Notes: generated by a model from the letters alone, not told the origin. A DNA stretch of 63,477 bases, filler included, from Reticulomyxa filosa (GCA_000512085.1; 23 parts of 23 records of this genome joined end to end with filler, not necessarily neighbours in it), one strand, 5' to 3'; numbered from the whole stretch's first letter, positions 10,755-24,832 are shown. Numbers and translations: made by a program.

Positions 10755-13542
10755 ATGAAAACAGCCAATTCAATGGTGCGAAAATATTACAATGGAAGAC
10801 TAGCACTTGGCAGGTTAAAGTGGAAAATGGAGTTGCTCGGACTCAAATTCAGAAAAGTTTAGAAGCACTTAAAAAAAAATTTGCCATGCTACAACACGAC
10901 GACCATAAAGATAAAAAAGAATGTGAACAAGATGGGGATGCAGTTATGGACGAACGTGAACAAGATAATCCTACTCGAAAACAAAGCGGTATGTATTACA
11001 AAAGGTACTTTGTATCTATGTATGGTTCTTGTAGTTGTTAGAAACATATTTTCTGTGTTCGTGTGGGCATTGTTTTGCTTTGTATCTGTTTTTTGAATAG
11101 ATGAAAACAAAGCAATTGAGATGAAAGAGTCCAACGAAAAATGTACGCATAACGATAAAAAACTCCAGAAAACTTCACGTCCATTACCCAAAGCAACAGA
11201 CCCCAATCGGGGAATAGTCGGACTCCAAAACTTAAGCAACACTTGTTATTTGAACGCTGCTATTCAAGTTACTTATCTTGCCTGTATTATAAATACAAAT
11301 TTAAGTATATATATATATATTTTTTTTTTTTGTGCTCTCTCGAATGCTAAAAAGTGTCTGCTACAAGTGCGACCACTAGCGAAAATGCAGTGGAATCCAC
11401 GACCCAAAGAAGGAACCATTGGCAAGGAGTGGATTGATTTGGTCAGTAAAGTTCATAAAAAAAAAAAAAAAGAAAACTCCTGGACGCCATACCATCAATA
11501 TTGGAAAATTGAGATCACGTCTTGGAGCCATTGAAACAAGGTTTGGTTTTTTATTTATTTATTTATTTTTTTTGAAAACTGACCAAATTGCACAAGTAAA
11601 TAATAGATTTCTGCAAGGAGTGCAAGAAGACTCTTATGCTGCTATATGTACTTTGGTGGGGGCTCTAGAAGAAAAAACTCCATTACTAGATTATTGTCTC
11701 GAATGCAAAGAAAAGAGTCCCGAAGAAGAGACTGAACTAGCCGAAAAAATGTTTGCACAGATATGCAAAGAATCACGTATTGCAGCGATTTTTGATGGAG
11801 TGAGTCTAGAGCGAGTTTAGAGTATTATTTAATTAAAAACAGAGCCTTTCTTTCTTTCCCTCTCTTTTTCTTTCTCCCTCTGCACATAATTACGAAAATT
11901 CACAGGAAACATGTAAATCCTGTGGTACTATTAGCAACCATTACCAATCGTTTCGCAACTTGACATTGCCTGTCGTGGGGCTTGAGCTGTTTGTTGATAT
12001 TGTGTGCGTACATAATTCCAGTTTTGTGATCTCATTGTCATTGCCAATATCTGCGAAAGTACGGACTCTAAAGTATCTATTGAATGAAAAATTGCACAAG
12101 CCAATGGATGAACTATGTCTCCGATATGTGAATTTAGAAAGTAATAGGGCGAATGAATTGGTAATCGTTGCCAATGATTGCGATGATATAAGCAATTTTA
12201 TTACCAAAAAAAAAGGATTTTTTTGTGCGTGTCAGGTGGTAGATATAATACGACCACCTTCAAACAGCTTGGAAAAAGAAAAGGATCAATTCATAATTAT
12301 TCCAGTGTTGCAATGCATGGATGGTCCTGATGGCTATGACTATAATTGCATTCGATATTGCAAAGTATCAAGAGGAAGTCAGTACAACAGTGCAGAAATT
12401 GTGCAGGAATTGGGATACTTTCATGTAGACGAACAATCCCTGTGTGAGGCAACACTTTTTTACGGTGACAAACAGATTGATATCGCAAAAAAACAGTCGA
12501 TTTGTTTTGATGAATCACTACCTTTGATAATTTTATTTTATGATCGCAATTATCGAGATTTTTGGCAGGTAGGATGAAAACGTATAGTTTTTAAGTTTTT
12601 TTTTTACTACAAGAATTTGGGGTGATGAATACACTTGCAAAAAAACAAGCCAAAACAAAAGGATGTACCCTTGCTGTGCAAGTTGTTCCCGATATTTTTA
12701 ATATTTTATAAAATGTCCTTTAAGAAATCATTAAAAGATTTCTTTAAAAACATTGTGACTTCTTTTCAAGTACATAAGACGTACCAGAATGTTACGGACG
12801 ATGAAAACCTAAGATTTGTGGGAGATCAAGTAACCCATGATTGTGACAAAATGCAAGAAAAAGTGCTCTGTGAGGTGAAAACGTGGTTGGACATGGTAGA
12901 GCACAAGGACAATATTCGTGACAGAGCTTTTCAGGTGCCTCTATATTTTTTTGTTTCTTCCTCTTTTTTTTCTATCAGCACATCCTATACATAAAACTTG
13001 CATCTCAAAAAAAATAAAATTTTTGGGATGAATTTCTGTGAAAGGTAATGCGTTTTAAATTGCTAATGTCAAGCCAAATCATGGCGAAAGGAAATACGAA
13101 GTTTAGATTGTTTGAGGATACGCAAAAAAGTCTTGACGTTATGTTATCAAACACTTATGTGGATGGAAGTCAATCGTCACTAAAATGTAATTGTCCAGAA
13201 CACCAGAGGCAGAATCGGACTATCATGCGAGAGAAGGAGATTCTAGTGGCACCACAAGTGTTAGTTGTGCAATTAAATCGTATTCATCCGATTGTTGGCT
13301 ACGCACTTGCTTCGATCGATTATCTGGTAGATTTAAAATTAGTGGAGAAGCAATATTCATTGACGGGTGTGTGCATTCACGTTGGGAATACTAATCGATA
13401 TGGGCATTACTATGCCTTTGTCAAAAATATGCACAACGGGACGTGGTTCCGTTGCGATGATACGAATGTTCATAGTGTGCCAACTCCATCTCACCCTGAT
13501 CCTGGTGCAACTGTTCTGATCTATCAATTTGGTCAGTGGTGA
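10755..13542 (+). CDS. Ubiquitin carboxyl-terminal hydrolase (USP, peptidase C19), multi-exon, 5' end uncertain
   Basis: Cys box GLQNLSNTCYLNAAIQ, QEDS motif, VLVVQLNR, His box IHVGNTNRYGHYYAFVK..WFRCDD. Intron 11268-11354. Apparent frameshift in the A-run near 11460. Confidence 0.9.
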
Positions 13543-13946
13543 CTGCTTTGATCATTTTTATATGTTGACTTGTTTGGAGCAATTCTCAAATTATATTTTG
13601 ATGAAAATTGTCCATATGATTTGTCTTGAACTTTTATTTTTTAAAGAAACTTCTTATTAAAGGAGGATCACAAACCAGAACTAGGAACCTAACATAACAT
13701 TTCACAATATGCTGAAGTTTCTTACATTTCAAAAGTATTAAATGTCATACTAATCGTGAGTTTGTCACATACTTTTGAACGATCAATTTTAATCTATTTT
13801 TCAGAATTGGAAGGAATAAAAGTTTGAAAATTAAAAAATTAAGTGTGAGCTTCTTTTATTATATTCACCTTACTGAATTGAAAAAGGTTACATTACCTTT
13901 TCGAATAATTTTGGAAGAACTAAACAAAGCAATGCTTTTTTAAAAA

Positions 13947-15632
13947 TTAAATGCGAATAATTTGCGTAGAAGTAAAAAGTTGACCATTTTCTGATTCATT
14001 CAAATATTGCATTTGCTCTTTTGATCGTAATGTTGCTTCATCCCATTCTCCACATACTATATTATATACTTTCCATGCCTCTTCATAATACTTGTATGCT
14101 GTTTTCTTGTTTTGTATTATTTCAAATATACATCCTAAATCCCAACAGATATCCCCAATGCCTTCATCTCCTTTTCTAAATATTTCTTTCCTTATTTTTA
14201 AAGCAGCTTCATAATGTTCAATTGCATTTTCATATTGCCGCTTATTGTCATAAGAAGTTCCTAGGTTGTGATATAATTGAGCGACTAAAACATAATTGAT
14301 ACCAAAAATATCTACCATAATTTTTAATGCCTTTTCATAAAACTCAATTGCAATGTCATATTGTCCTTTATCATCATATGTCAATCCAAGCATTCGATAA
14401 GCAATGACAATATAAGGATGGCTAAGTCCAAATGTATCAATACAAATTTGTAAATATTGTTTTAAATAAAAAATGGAATCATCATAAAGTAATCTTTCTA
14501 AACATGCTTCATCTTTATTTTCAAGATCTTGAAGTATTGCAGGAATATTATAGTGTATTTTAGTGTTCCATTGAATAGGTGAAAAAGATTGTTTCAATTG
14601 TGGATCAACAATAGCATTTTCGGTGATAAATAGTTGAGTTGTGATATTAACATTTTGTTTGCATTGAAGTTCGCAATTAATGACATATACATTACCATCA
14701 ATGCGTATATCATTTAATATTATTAACTTGCTTTTTATGGCATATACCCAATATCTTTTAAATTCTTTTTTCACCACATTATCTTTGTGTATCAATGTAT
14801 AAAAAGAGAATGAAGAAATAAACGAACAATTGTCATTGTTTTTTTCCATTCAGGAGTGTCGAAAGCAACAACAACCAATCCTTGTTCATGGTTCTGTGTC
14901 ATCTCTTCAACTATTTTTGCTGCTTCTACATTTGCTTTTCTCCAATTTCTGTTCCAATGTTTTCTAAAATCTAAAGTTTCTGGAATATTTTTATTATTAG
15001 TTGGAATTAAATAAATATCCGAATGAGAAGTTGAAACAGATTGTGCAATTTCTTTTCCTGATATTTGATCAGCTACATTTTTGATAATAACTTCTAAACT
15101 TTGATTCACATTATTTTCAATCTCATGACAAAATATTTTTGTGAAATTCATAGCTGATTTTTCTGATGTATCTGCAATAATCGTAAATGTATCTGTGTCA
15201 TGATTATATCGTATCTTCTTTTCATTAATTTTACCGTTTCGATTATTTGTAATTGAATTGGATATTTTTATGAACATTTTTGGCTTTCCAGCAAAATATT
15301 CTGTTTTCATTATAAACTCATTTTGAATTTCTTTGAACATTTTGCTTTGATTATCACTTGTAATTAATGTATCTCCATTTACTCCAAATCCTCCATATCC
15401 ACACCACACAAAGATCAAGCCATCATAATCATTCGAAACATTGGTTAGATTTAAACATTGTTTTGAAATGAAATCATTTAAATCATTTAAAGTAAGAAAC
15501 TCGGTCTTCCCAATTTGCGAATTGTAAGTACTGAATACTCGATAATTAAATTTAGATTGAAACAGTGTTTGTAATAACTGAACATCTTGTTTGACATTTT
15601 CTAAGTATTGTAATTGTTGATATTTTATTGCC
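13947..15632 (-). CDS. Caspase-like (C14) domain with substituted catalytic residues, fused to kinesin-light-chain-type TPR repeats; 5'-truncated; frameshift in A-run near 14840
   Basis: ENVKQDVQLLQTLF..YDGLIFVWCGYGG..GDTLITSD..FAGKPKMFIKISNS..DTFTIIADT..FTKIFC, then TPRs AYRMLGLTYDDKGQYDIAIEFYEKALKI and LYHNLGTSYDNKRQYENAIEHYEAALKI. Confidence 0.8.
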
Positions 15633-15859
15633 NNNNNNNNNNNNNNNNNNNNNNNNNNNNNNNNNNNNNNNNNNNNTTAATTAATTAANNNNNNNNNNNN
15701 NNNNNNNNNNNNNNNNNNNNNNNNNNNNNNNNAAAATATTGAAATAATTAGGAAAGATTTAATAAAAAACCAAAATCATATTTAAAAAGTACACGATTTG
15801 TAGATATTTAAAAAAAAAATTAGGTCGGAATGTTGTTTTTTCATGTAGAAAATCAATCA

Positions 15860-18800
15860 TCTCTGTAAGGTGCCGTTTTATGTATCAACTTTACTTTGCA
15901 TTCTACTGTATAATCAAGAATCGTTTGACAAGATTGCCAATTACATGTGGAAGTTTAAGGACAACAACGTGTAAAGAAACAATGTAGCGGCAAGACTAGC
16001 ACAACAATCAATATTGAACCTAAAATATTGACCGGAAAGGTAGAAATCACAAACGACAACATTTGAAGAAACTATCAAATATGATAGTTATAAAGGAAAT
16101 CTTAGAAAATAAATATGAAAACGACGAAGAAGAAAATGCAGCAATAAAAAGCAACAGCGAAGATACGAACATGACTGATTATAAAAACCACATATATGAA
16201 ACACCATCAGATGTTACAGTAAAAAAAGATTTGAATAGACCATTGTCACAGATTAGTGCAGTAGACGATGAAGGAGAATATTGAGAATATAATGACGAAT
16301 ATAGTCAACAAGAAATTGATAAATTCTTGATACGTCAAACAAGCAAATGAAAACAAGTCGGCAACTTATCCGAACCAAAAAATATCACTAAAATTGCTGT
16401 CACCGAAGAATTTATTCAAACAATCTGAAAAACAATTGTCTCCGAAGAATTTGTTAAACCAATCTGAAAAAACGTTACTTCCGAAAAACTGTCCAAGTCG
16501 ATCCAAAAAACAATTTTCTCCGAAAAACCTTTGAAGCCAATTTGAAAAGCTATCACAAGCAGATTCAGTCAACAATGAATATAAGCAGGAATTATTTATA
16601 TCGGCGCGTAGACCAAAAAACAGAAAATTATTGTTCAGAAACTAAATAAAGAAAAAGATGAACTAATGCAAAAACTCGAACAAAAGGAAAAATGAATATT
16701 TAACTTAAAAAAATACTATGAAAAAATATCATCACAACAGACGTCGAATCACCAGGTGACAACAAAATTAATATTGTTTGGGAAAGGATTATATAAATAC
16801 AGAAACGAAGCAGAAATTTACAATCTGCTCCAGAATATCGCATTGCGACAGAACAAATAAAAGAAGTTTGTACAACTGGGCAAGCATCACCAGGACGAAA
16901 AGTATTCTTTATCTGGACTGCACGGACCTATTCATAGTCCAAATTGTGAAGAAGCAAATCATAAACTGGTTACCATCTATGCGGCCAAGGGATTTAAGCA
17001 TAGTCGAATATTTCAATCCAGATAAGCTCCAAAAACGTATACTAATTGGAAACAGTAGGAACTGAAATGAAAAATTCCTGCAGGACGAAACAGTGCAATC
17101 CATTATTATATAAGAACTGGGAATCAAAGCTAAACGAAACAAATGACAATAGAAAATAATAGCAACTATCAAAAATAGCTGCAGTCAACATTTAGACAAT
17201 AGCAGAATAACTATAGCAGGGTATATACGTATAATCAAAAGATTAATTTTCATCCAAAACAGAATTATCGAATAAATATTATTTGAAAGAACTTACCATT
17301 GGAGACATAACAAAGACCATTGTACTATAGGCAACCAAGTTAGCGAATGGAATGGATACCCAATGGTAATTGCTTTCAACAAAGTAATAGCAATTGGTCT
17401 CAACAAGAAGTGAAAAGCATACAATACGTTCCAATGATGAATATTTGCTCTAGAGAGCGCATGGATATTGCAATAACTGAGGACGCAGTCGCTACTCCTC
17501 AAGTAACAACAATAATCAATCAAAATTATTTAATACATCTACACTATGTAATGATTTTAAAATAAATATATTTAAAGCTAGACTTACCTGCAAGCAAAAT
17601 CAGCTAATCAAAAATATAGTGCAAATAATCACAATTAGTACATAATTCTGTTCTTGAATATGTGTGGAGGACTGGAAACAAAAGTTCAACGAGATGTCGT
17701 ATTTATGAATTTTTATAATAATCACTTCAAAAATATACTTGGATGTTGTGAACTAAGACAAGATCAATGGATTCATATACACTACTGCCACGGGCAAAGA
17801 CAATATTCAAGCCGGGATACTACAAGATTATGGAAAAGAATAATCATAATTGGATATTTAATGGAATATCGGTCACCATAAGTAATACACATAATCAAAA
17901 CACAAATGTCTGTCCATTATCAACAGACAACTTGATGATAGCATTACTAAAAAAGGAAAAGATATTTTTCATATTTGCATATGCACCACTGTATCAAAAT
18001 TGTTATGAAGCCAGAATTGAAAACATCTACAACGATATTGGTACACGAATTGACATATTGGAGACGCTTGGATATCTGATACTTATCATGTGAGATTTCA
18101 ATGGAAGTATCGAAGACACTGGAGACACATTGACAAACGAAAATGGCAAAAGATTATTATCATTATGTAATACGTATTCATTTAAAATTTTAAATTTGAA
18201 ACACGCATATAAGAAATATAAATATTATCAGATAAGAAGATATGTACAGTACTTGACTATGCTCTAGTCAATGATGGGTTTTGTGAATGCGCTGCCACTA
18301 AATTGTCTATGTCAATAATCGATGAATATGTGGAATCCGATCATCTTTCAATAAAGGTTACATTCTTGGTACCCAATGAATGTGTCGAGCCAGATCTAAC
18401 AAACAGTCATCAGCTGGGACGATTCTCCATATTAAAAGACAGATATTCATTAAGTAACGTGACAGTACATTTTGTTGAACAGTGCAAGCAAATAAAACTC
18501 TACGATACTATATGCGAAATCAATAGTAATCCTCAAAACAACAGCATAGACAAAATAACAAAAACATATTATACCTTCATGTTTTGGTTATACGAAACAG
18601 TATTAAACTGTAATACTTACACGTATCGAATGACTCGCGTCAATGAAACTCAACAGTGCAGCTTACCTACAAACCTAAACGATACTTTACAAGAAATCAA
18701 TACTTGTTTAAAAATATTAAACATATTTACCAGCAGCAATTCAATAAATTAATATAGAAATACAATGCACAGAAAAAAGAATAAATACAACAACAGGTGT

Positions 18801-21423
18801 ATATCGCTCTCAACAAAGTGAAACACGCGTTTCGAACCAACAACGACAGGCAAATCTACGAACTACTATCGAAACTAAAAGAAAAACCATGTCATCCTCT
18901 TCACGAAAGGAGGGAGTGCCAATTCACACTGACAATGGAAAATGCAGACTCTTGACAAAATACTATCAAACACTGTTCCAAAAACACAAAGACATACCAA
19001 AACAGCAAGGGTCAATTATTCTATCCAAACTTGCACAATATGACGAGCATGACGACGATCCGATGTGGAATGCATAATTTGGAGGAGACGAAGTAAACAA
19101 TGCAGTGGCATCATGAAGAATAACAAATCAGTGTTTTTGGACTGCATCACTAATGAACTATAGAAACATCATTTAAAGGAGAACTTACGCATACTGACAA
19201 TGTTTACTAATATAATATCGATAAAATATCAACAACTACAATCAAAAATGTTATATCCAGGATGACCTCGCTACCAAAGATAAAAATATCATACAATTGC
19301 AATTCGATGATATGAATAAGAATTAAATCATTGCTTGTCAATATAATAGATAATTTAATACTTGCACGATGCAATTCGATGATTGAGAGGTAACTTCATC
19401 ATGAACAAGAATGTTTTCATGCTAGTCGTAGTGTTGATGACCAAATCATATGCCTACATTCTATTATCGCACCGAAAACATACAAGAAAGAACGAAACGT
19501 TCATATGGTATAATAGACATCAAAAAGCATTTGATAATGTATTGATCCCGCTACTGTTAACTAAACTATACGATTGTTGAATTAAAGGAAAAACCTTTCG
19601 TCTAATCAAAAGCATATTCGATTATAGTAAAATTATTGTAAAGTGTAATGGACTATGTTGAGCTATATTACAATTCGAAGATGAACTAGCCAATGATTTT
19701 CGACTAGTGCCCCATTCTTCAATATGTATATCAACGATATCATTAACCAAATTAATCTTATATATACTCCACTGATAGTGTACGGAATACTAATGTCATG
19801 CATGTTATTTGCAGATTATATCTTACTAGTTAGTCACAATAATAACGATATTAACAAAAAAATTCGACAAGTACGCCAACAATGGGGGATAAAGCTAAAT
19901 GATTCCAATGTACATTGTCTGTAATAAATAAGCAAACGAAGATATATAATGTCGAGATAAAAAATGTTGTCAATGAATTTAAATATCTTGGAGTAATAAT
20001 AGCCTAAAAAAATATTGCTGGAGCATGTGCTCGCGATAGCTGATAAAGTGAAAACCATATTACAAAGAAGTGTTGCAATTATAATACTTGGTGATACGGT
20101 TACTGTCGATTTACAACGACACCATTATATGCAAATGTTGCGTCTGATGATAGAGCATGGTGCGAGAATACACAATCTGAACAAAATACTGATGAATAAA
20201 TTAAAATTTTGCAGCACCTTGCACTTGCAAAGGTAACATATCCACTTCATTGCCAAACAATCAGCAATTAGTCTTTTACTTGGAATACCACCGATTGAGG
20301 CAAGATACGACTTTCTGTTGCTTAGTGAGTACTATACATTCATCAAAGGCAAACAAGTTTAATAGTGGGAAAACTAGTAAGTAATGAACGCGAATACAAC
20401 TGTACGAAAGTAGATATTACTAGTGATAATGGAGACCGGCGATATATGGTCAACACTGAACAAATACAATCTTCAACAATATTGGAACCAGTAAGAACTA
20501 CCAACAAGTTTTTTTATTTGGAAAAGCATCCTAAAAACTCAAATATATGACCACAATTTCCAAAAGGACAAAGAGGATATGCGGAATAATAGCACATGAA
20601 AATCTGTATGCATATTATCTCGGCACTCCAAGAACCACACGATATATGCCCTAAAATATACGAAAAACTGCTATATAAAGATGAACATAATGGATATATA
20701 TTTAAAATAATAACAAATAATACTAATATCTGTTGGAAACATAATTCGCACAAGGGAGAAGATTAATAATTTAGCATTGCAAATATTGTGACGAAGATTG
20801 TGATAATCCAGTACACCACTTACTCTTGGAATGTGCAGAAACACAAAGAGTATTCGAAAATATTAGTAGTATCGACAATGAACGAGATAGCCCATTATAT
20901 GTAATGGAAAGTTAACAAGAACTGAATTAAAAAGGAGACTTAACGTTTTGCAAAAAATTTTTAAATAAAATATAAACAACAGAAAGTAACACAATTGAAC
21001 AGACAAGTCAAAAAATTGATAAACCAGAAAGGCAGCAACAAGTTAGTATGCACATAAAATCAAAAGTACAAATATTATAATAGTCAGATATAGTAAACGC
21101 CGCATTTAGCAGAAACTCAAACCAGAATAGTTCATATAGTGACATTGACCCTGATGTAACGAGTAACACATGTGCCAATGCTCAAAAGATTGATAAGAGA
21201 ACTTCTAATAAATGATATTTTGAATAGCAATAAAAATACAGAATCTCAACATAAAGATAAAGCAACAGAAGCACCTGATCAAATATACCCCAGGCAAACG
21301 ATAAAAATTATTCCTGATAACACTGGTTTCAAGTGTCCGTATTATAGTATGGAACAATCTACCATTGTAAAAATCGCGAACCATATGTGGAGTTTCGGAG
21401 CACCGAATGGGTCACATAAGTAG
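15860..21423 (+). mobile_element. Decayed non-LTR (LINE-type) retrotransposon: ORF1 remnant, APE endonuclease, reverse transcriptase and C-terminal Zn finger
   Basis: APE motifs at about 17650-18350: NMCGG, LGCCE, FAYAP, M*DFN, NENGKRLL, LDYALV, SDH. RT motifs at about 19500-20000: D-I-K-K-AFDNV, PFFNMYINDI, LFADY, FKYLGV. CDEDCDNPVHHLLLEC near 20790-20835. Many stops and frameshifts; element ends are approximate. Confidence 0.88.
16400..16555 (+). repeat. Four imperfect tandem copies of a 39-bp unit (13 aa, SPKNLxxQSEKQL-like) in the ORF1 region
   Basis: tcaccgaagaatttattcaaacaatctgaaaaacaattg / tctccgaagaatttgttaaaccaatctgaaaaaacgtta / cttccgaaaaactgtccaagtcgatccaaaaaacaattt / tctccgaaaaacctttgaagccaatttgaaaagctatca. 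Confidence 0.9.
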
Positions 21424-22059
21424 TTTTTTCGTATTATATTTACTTTACAATTTTCAATATCAGTCAATTTTTTATTCAAAGTCATTTTTCATTTGTTGAT
21501 TTATTAAAATTCTACACCAATCGTCTAATTACAGCAACGTCACTTTGTTTCTTTTCACCAAACAAATATTTTTAATTTAAAAAAAATGTTATTTTTTAAA
21601 TTTTGTCAAACTATGACAATAATTTTTGCTTTTCATCATTCAAAGTTTGACATTTGCAAATGGCACTATATATTTTTTTTTTATTGTAATTATCAATTTG
21701 ATCATTATTTTTGTTAGAAAAAACTTTCCTAGAATATTATAAACACTAACGGATCCTCTTCGCTTCTATCATTTCTGCCAAAAAAAGAAGAAGTATACAG
21801 TCGAAACAAATAACAAAAAATTAGTTAATAAATATATTGAAAACAAAGACCAAAATGATGACAAAGTAAAACTTTAAAGTAATTTGGAATACTTAAAAAA
21901 AAAGGTCCTTGCAAGGATTTTTGGCATCAATAAGTGATTGGATCATATTCCTTTTCAAAAATGATTACTCAAAGAGAACTGTCTCAAGTTGAAATAAACC
22001 AAAAGCCAATTTCTTGGAGGTTTTCCAGACAGGCAAGTTACTTGAATGGATTGGGGTGG

Positions 22060-23301
22060 AACGTTTTGACTGTAACTTTGTTACGGTAAAATATTATCTA
22101 TCAAACCATGTCGTCTTGTACAAAAAAAACAACAAAGAACATTGGAAAAACGAAAGTATATTATGATGACCTCCATCAAGAGATTGTACTAATGACATCG
22201 AAATTTGTGTGTAAGTCGCACCGAGCAACAAGTAAACTGACCAAATTTAATATTAGGTTACTATAACTGCATTTATCAACGCCAAATACAATAATAACAA
22301 CAGTAACAATAACAATAAGAACAACAAAAATAAACCAATCACTGACAGCATTCCCAATCATGAGACAATCCAATCTGCAAAATTTGCAGCCAATAATGTA
22401 TTAATTGGCTTGCAGTGGCAGCATCAACTTGTTAACAAGCAAACAAACAAATGAATAATTTTTTGGCCCCTTTTTTTTTTTTTTTTGACTGAGCCCGACG
22501 ATTGAACAAAAGCGGGACTATTTTGTTTCATAGTGTAAATATATATATTTTTTAAAAAAATAAATAAATAAGTGTGTCTCCTCCTTCTTCTTCTTCCTCT
22601 CTGTTCATCTCTCCTTCTGTAATTCAACCTTGTGGTGGCCAGGTGATAATGGACGTTCGACAAAATGAAATAGTGGCAACAGAGGAGTGCAATGACGTGA
22701 AAGCAGGCAACTGTATTCGTGACTTCCATTGGATATTGTCGTCCATCGGCAATTTGCTTGTAATTACACAGTTTGGAGTGGGTATCTATAAAATTCAGTC
22801 CACAAATAAGCGATTGGAAATTTCCAAGTTTTTCAAGGTCGATATTCAACTTCATTGGTATTTGGTATGTCTCAAATATTTTTATATATGCATATATATA
22901 TATACATACATATATATATGTACATATGATGTATATGTGTATATGTCAGTGATTCCATATGGATATGTACAGTTTGCTTTTTTTTTTTTTTTGTAATTAT
23001 TGTTACAAAAAAAACTAAATAAAATTTGTTGACAAAAAATCGGCGCAAAACACATAACAAAAAAAAAGCCGTCAATGCAATTTTTGTTATCAATGAATGG
23101 CAAAGATGTGCTTCAAGGATTGAAAATATCGGAAACCAAGACGGAAAGTATCAAAGGTTTTCAAATCGATGGGTTGACCACTTCAATCACTGTGAATGAA
23201 AGTCATGACAATACTGGCACCGACGACGACGACGACAACAACAACAACAACAACAATCGCAAATTTTTTCACCATCAACTCACTCTCATTCAATTGTTTT
23301 G
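22060..23301 (+). CDS. RMC1/Mic1 (C18orf8)-like protein, N-terminal part, multi-exon
   Basis: Segments VYYDDLHQEIVL, IQSAKFAANNVLIGLQWQHQLV and IRDFHWILSSIGNLLVITQFGVGIYKIQSTNKRLEISKFFKVDIQLHW follow in the same order as recalled RMC1 segments (VFFDEANKQV, VKCIKFSLENKILAVQR, ILGFCW..IVFITDQGIEFYQV). Start not resolved. Confidence 0.55.
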
Positions 23302-23401
23302 NNNNNNNNNNNNNNNNNNNNNNNNNNNNNNNNNNNNNNNNNNNNTTAATTAATTAANNNNNNNNNNNNNNNNNNNNNNNNNNNNNNNNNNNNNNNNNNN
23401 N

Positions 23402-23445
<44 letters not shown>

Positions 23446-23485
23446 GAAGAAAGAGAAGAGAAAGAAAACAAAACAAAAAACAAAC

Positions 23486-23801
23486 CATTCAAACGGCCAT
23501 TGGTGACGATATAATCAAATAGCTCCCCTCTTGGCACGTACTCCATGACGACATATATGTCAGTGGATGTTTCGATCATTTCGTACAAACGAATGACATG
23601 TGGATGGTTCAACTGTGCCAAAATTTCAATTTCGCGGTATACTTTATGCTCCATTTCCATCTTTTTCAATTGGCGTTTGTTCAGTACTTTAACCGCTACT
23701 CGCTTACCTGTCGGTTCGTGTACTCCAAACTTCACTTTGCTGAATGATCCCACTCCCAACGTTCGACCGAGTCGATATGAGCCAATTCCTTTCTTTGACA
23801 T
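23486..23801 (-). CDS. SNF1/AMPK catalytic alpha subunit, first exon
   Basis: IGSYRLGRTLGVGSFSKVKFGVHEPTGKRVAVKVLNK..REIEIL..HPHVIRLYE..VMEYVPRGELFDYIV, followed by a GT intron with a T-run. Confidence 0.9.
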
Positions 23802-24439
23802 TTTTCTTTATTATTATTATTTTCGTTGTTATTGTTAGTGTTGGTATTGGTGTCAATTGTGTTGCTATCAATTCTGGATGAGCCAAAACTGCTCAAGAAT
23901 TTGGTGTACTCACTATGACAAAAGTGAATAACTCTGACCTGCTCACAACATAGAAATCCAATCAAATACACGTCCAAAATTTTACTTCTTGAACACTGAT
24001 AGGAATACTTTTCTTTTCAAAGCACCAAATTCTGTTAATTTACGTTTTCTTTTTTTTCCCTTAACCGCTTCCCCCCTTCGGTTTTTGCCTGATGCGACTA
24101 ACAAGTGCTAGTACTATGTAACACAGGCAATGTGAAAAAAGAAAGCTTGTACAAGTAAACATTCCATCTTTGTATCCACGAAACAGTTATCTTATAGAAT
24201 ACTTCTTCATAAAGTCAATTCAGTCGTTTCGCATTACTTATAATTTTCCGTCCACGGTAAGGTTGCAAAAGAAAGTGGAAAAGCAAAATATAGAATAAGC
24301 ACGCTTAGAAAGCTAAAATGTGCTGTGCACAGAAATTATGTAAGAGGGTTAGTTGGAACTTAAGCAAAGAGAATAAGTTCATTTTTCGAAAAAGCTCATT
24401 TTCTTTCTCGAGCAACAATTACAAGAAAAACCGGAATTC

Positions 24440-24832
24440 ATGGCATTAACTGCGAAGGACTTTGAAGTGGGTGACTATATTCAGTTGGCAAAAGAAAATC
24501 GTCGTGGATATGTGAGATATATTGGCCGAATTCAATCCATAGGTTGAACGAAGCCCCAACGCACAATTTGTTTTATGTTTTTTTTTTTGTTTGTGTTTCC
24601 ACTCTTGAAGTTTTTGTCTGGTTGTTGGAACTATTGAACATATGTATGAAAAAAAAAGAGGAAAGGTGTTCATAATAAGATTTGAAACCATATCATTTCT
24701 TTTTAATATGCAATTTTTTTTTTTTTTTTTTGGTATGTGCATGACATGTGGATTCAGGGAAAGTATGTATTGGCGTTGAGTGTGATAAAGAAATTGTAAA
24801 TGGTAATGATGGGTCATTCAACGGGACAAAGT
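24440..24832 (+). CDS. CAP-Gly domain protein, N-terminal exons (absent from the ORF track)
   Basis: MALTAKDFEVGDYIQLAKENRRGYVRYIGRIQSI|GKVCIGVECDKEIVNGNDGSFNGTK after removing intron 24543-24757. GNDGS corresponds to the GKNDG motif. Divergent from the AMPK gene. Confidence 0.85.

Noticed and set aside
11455-11475. Programmed ribosomal frameshifting at A/T runs (also near 14840, 29200 and 40350)
   Set aside because: The shifts sit in homopolymers of otherwise ordinary genes, so sequencing error is the simpler explanation. Reads are needed to decide.
10755-15632. USP and pseudo-caspase-TPR as a functional gene pair
   Set aside because: They are truly linked but convergent, this is a single instance, and there is no evidence of conserved pairing.
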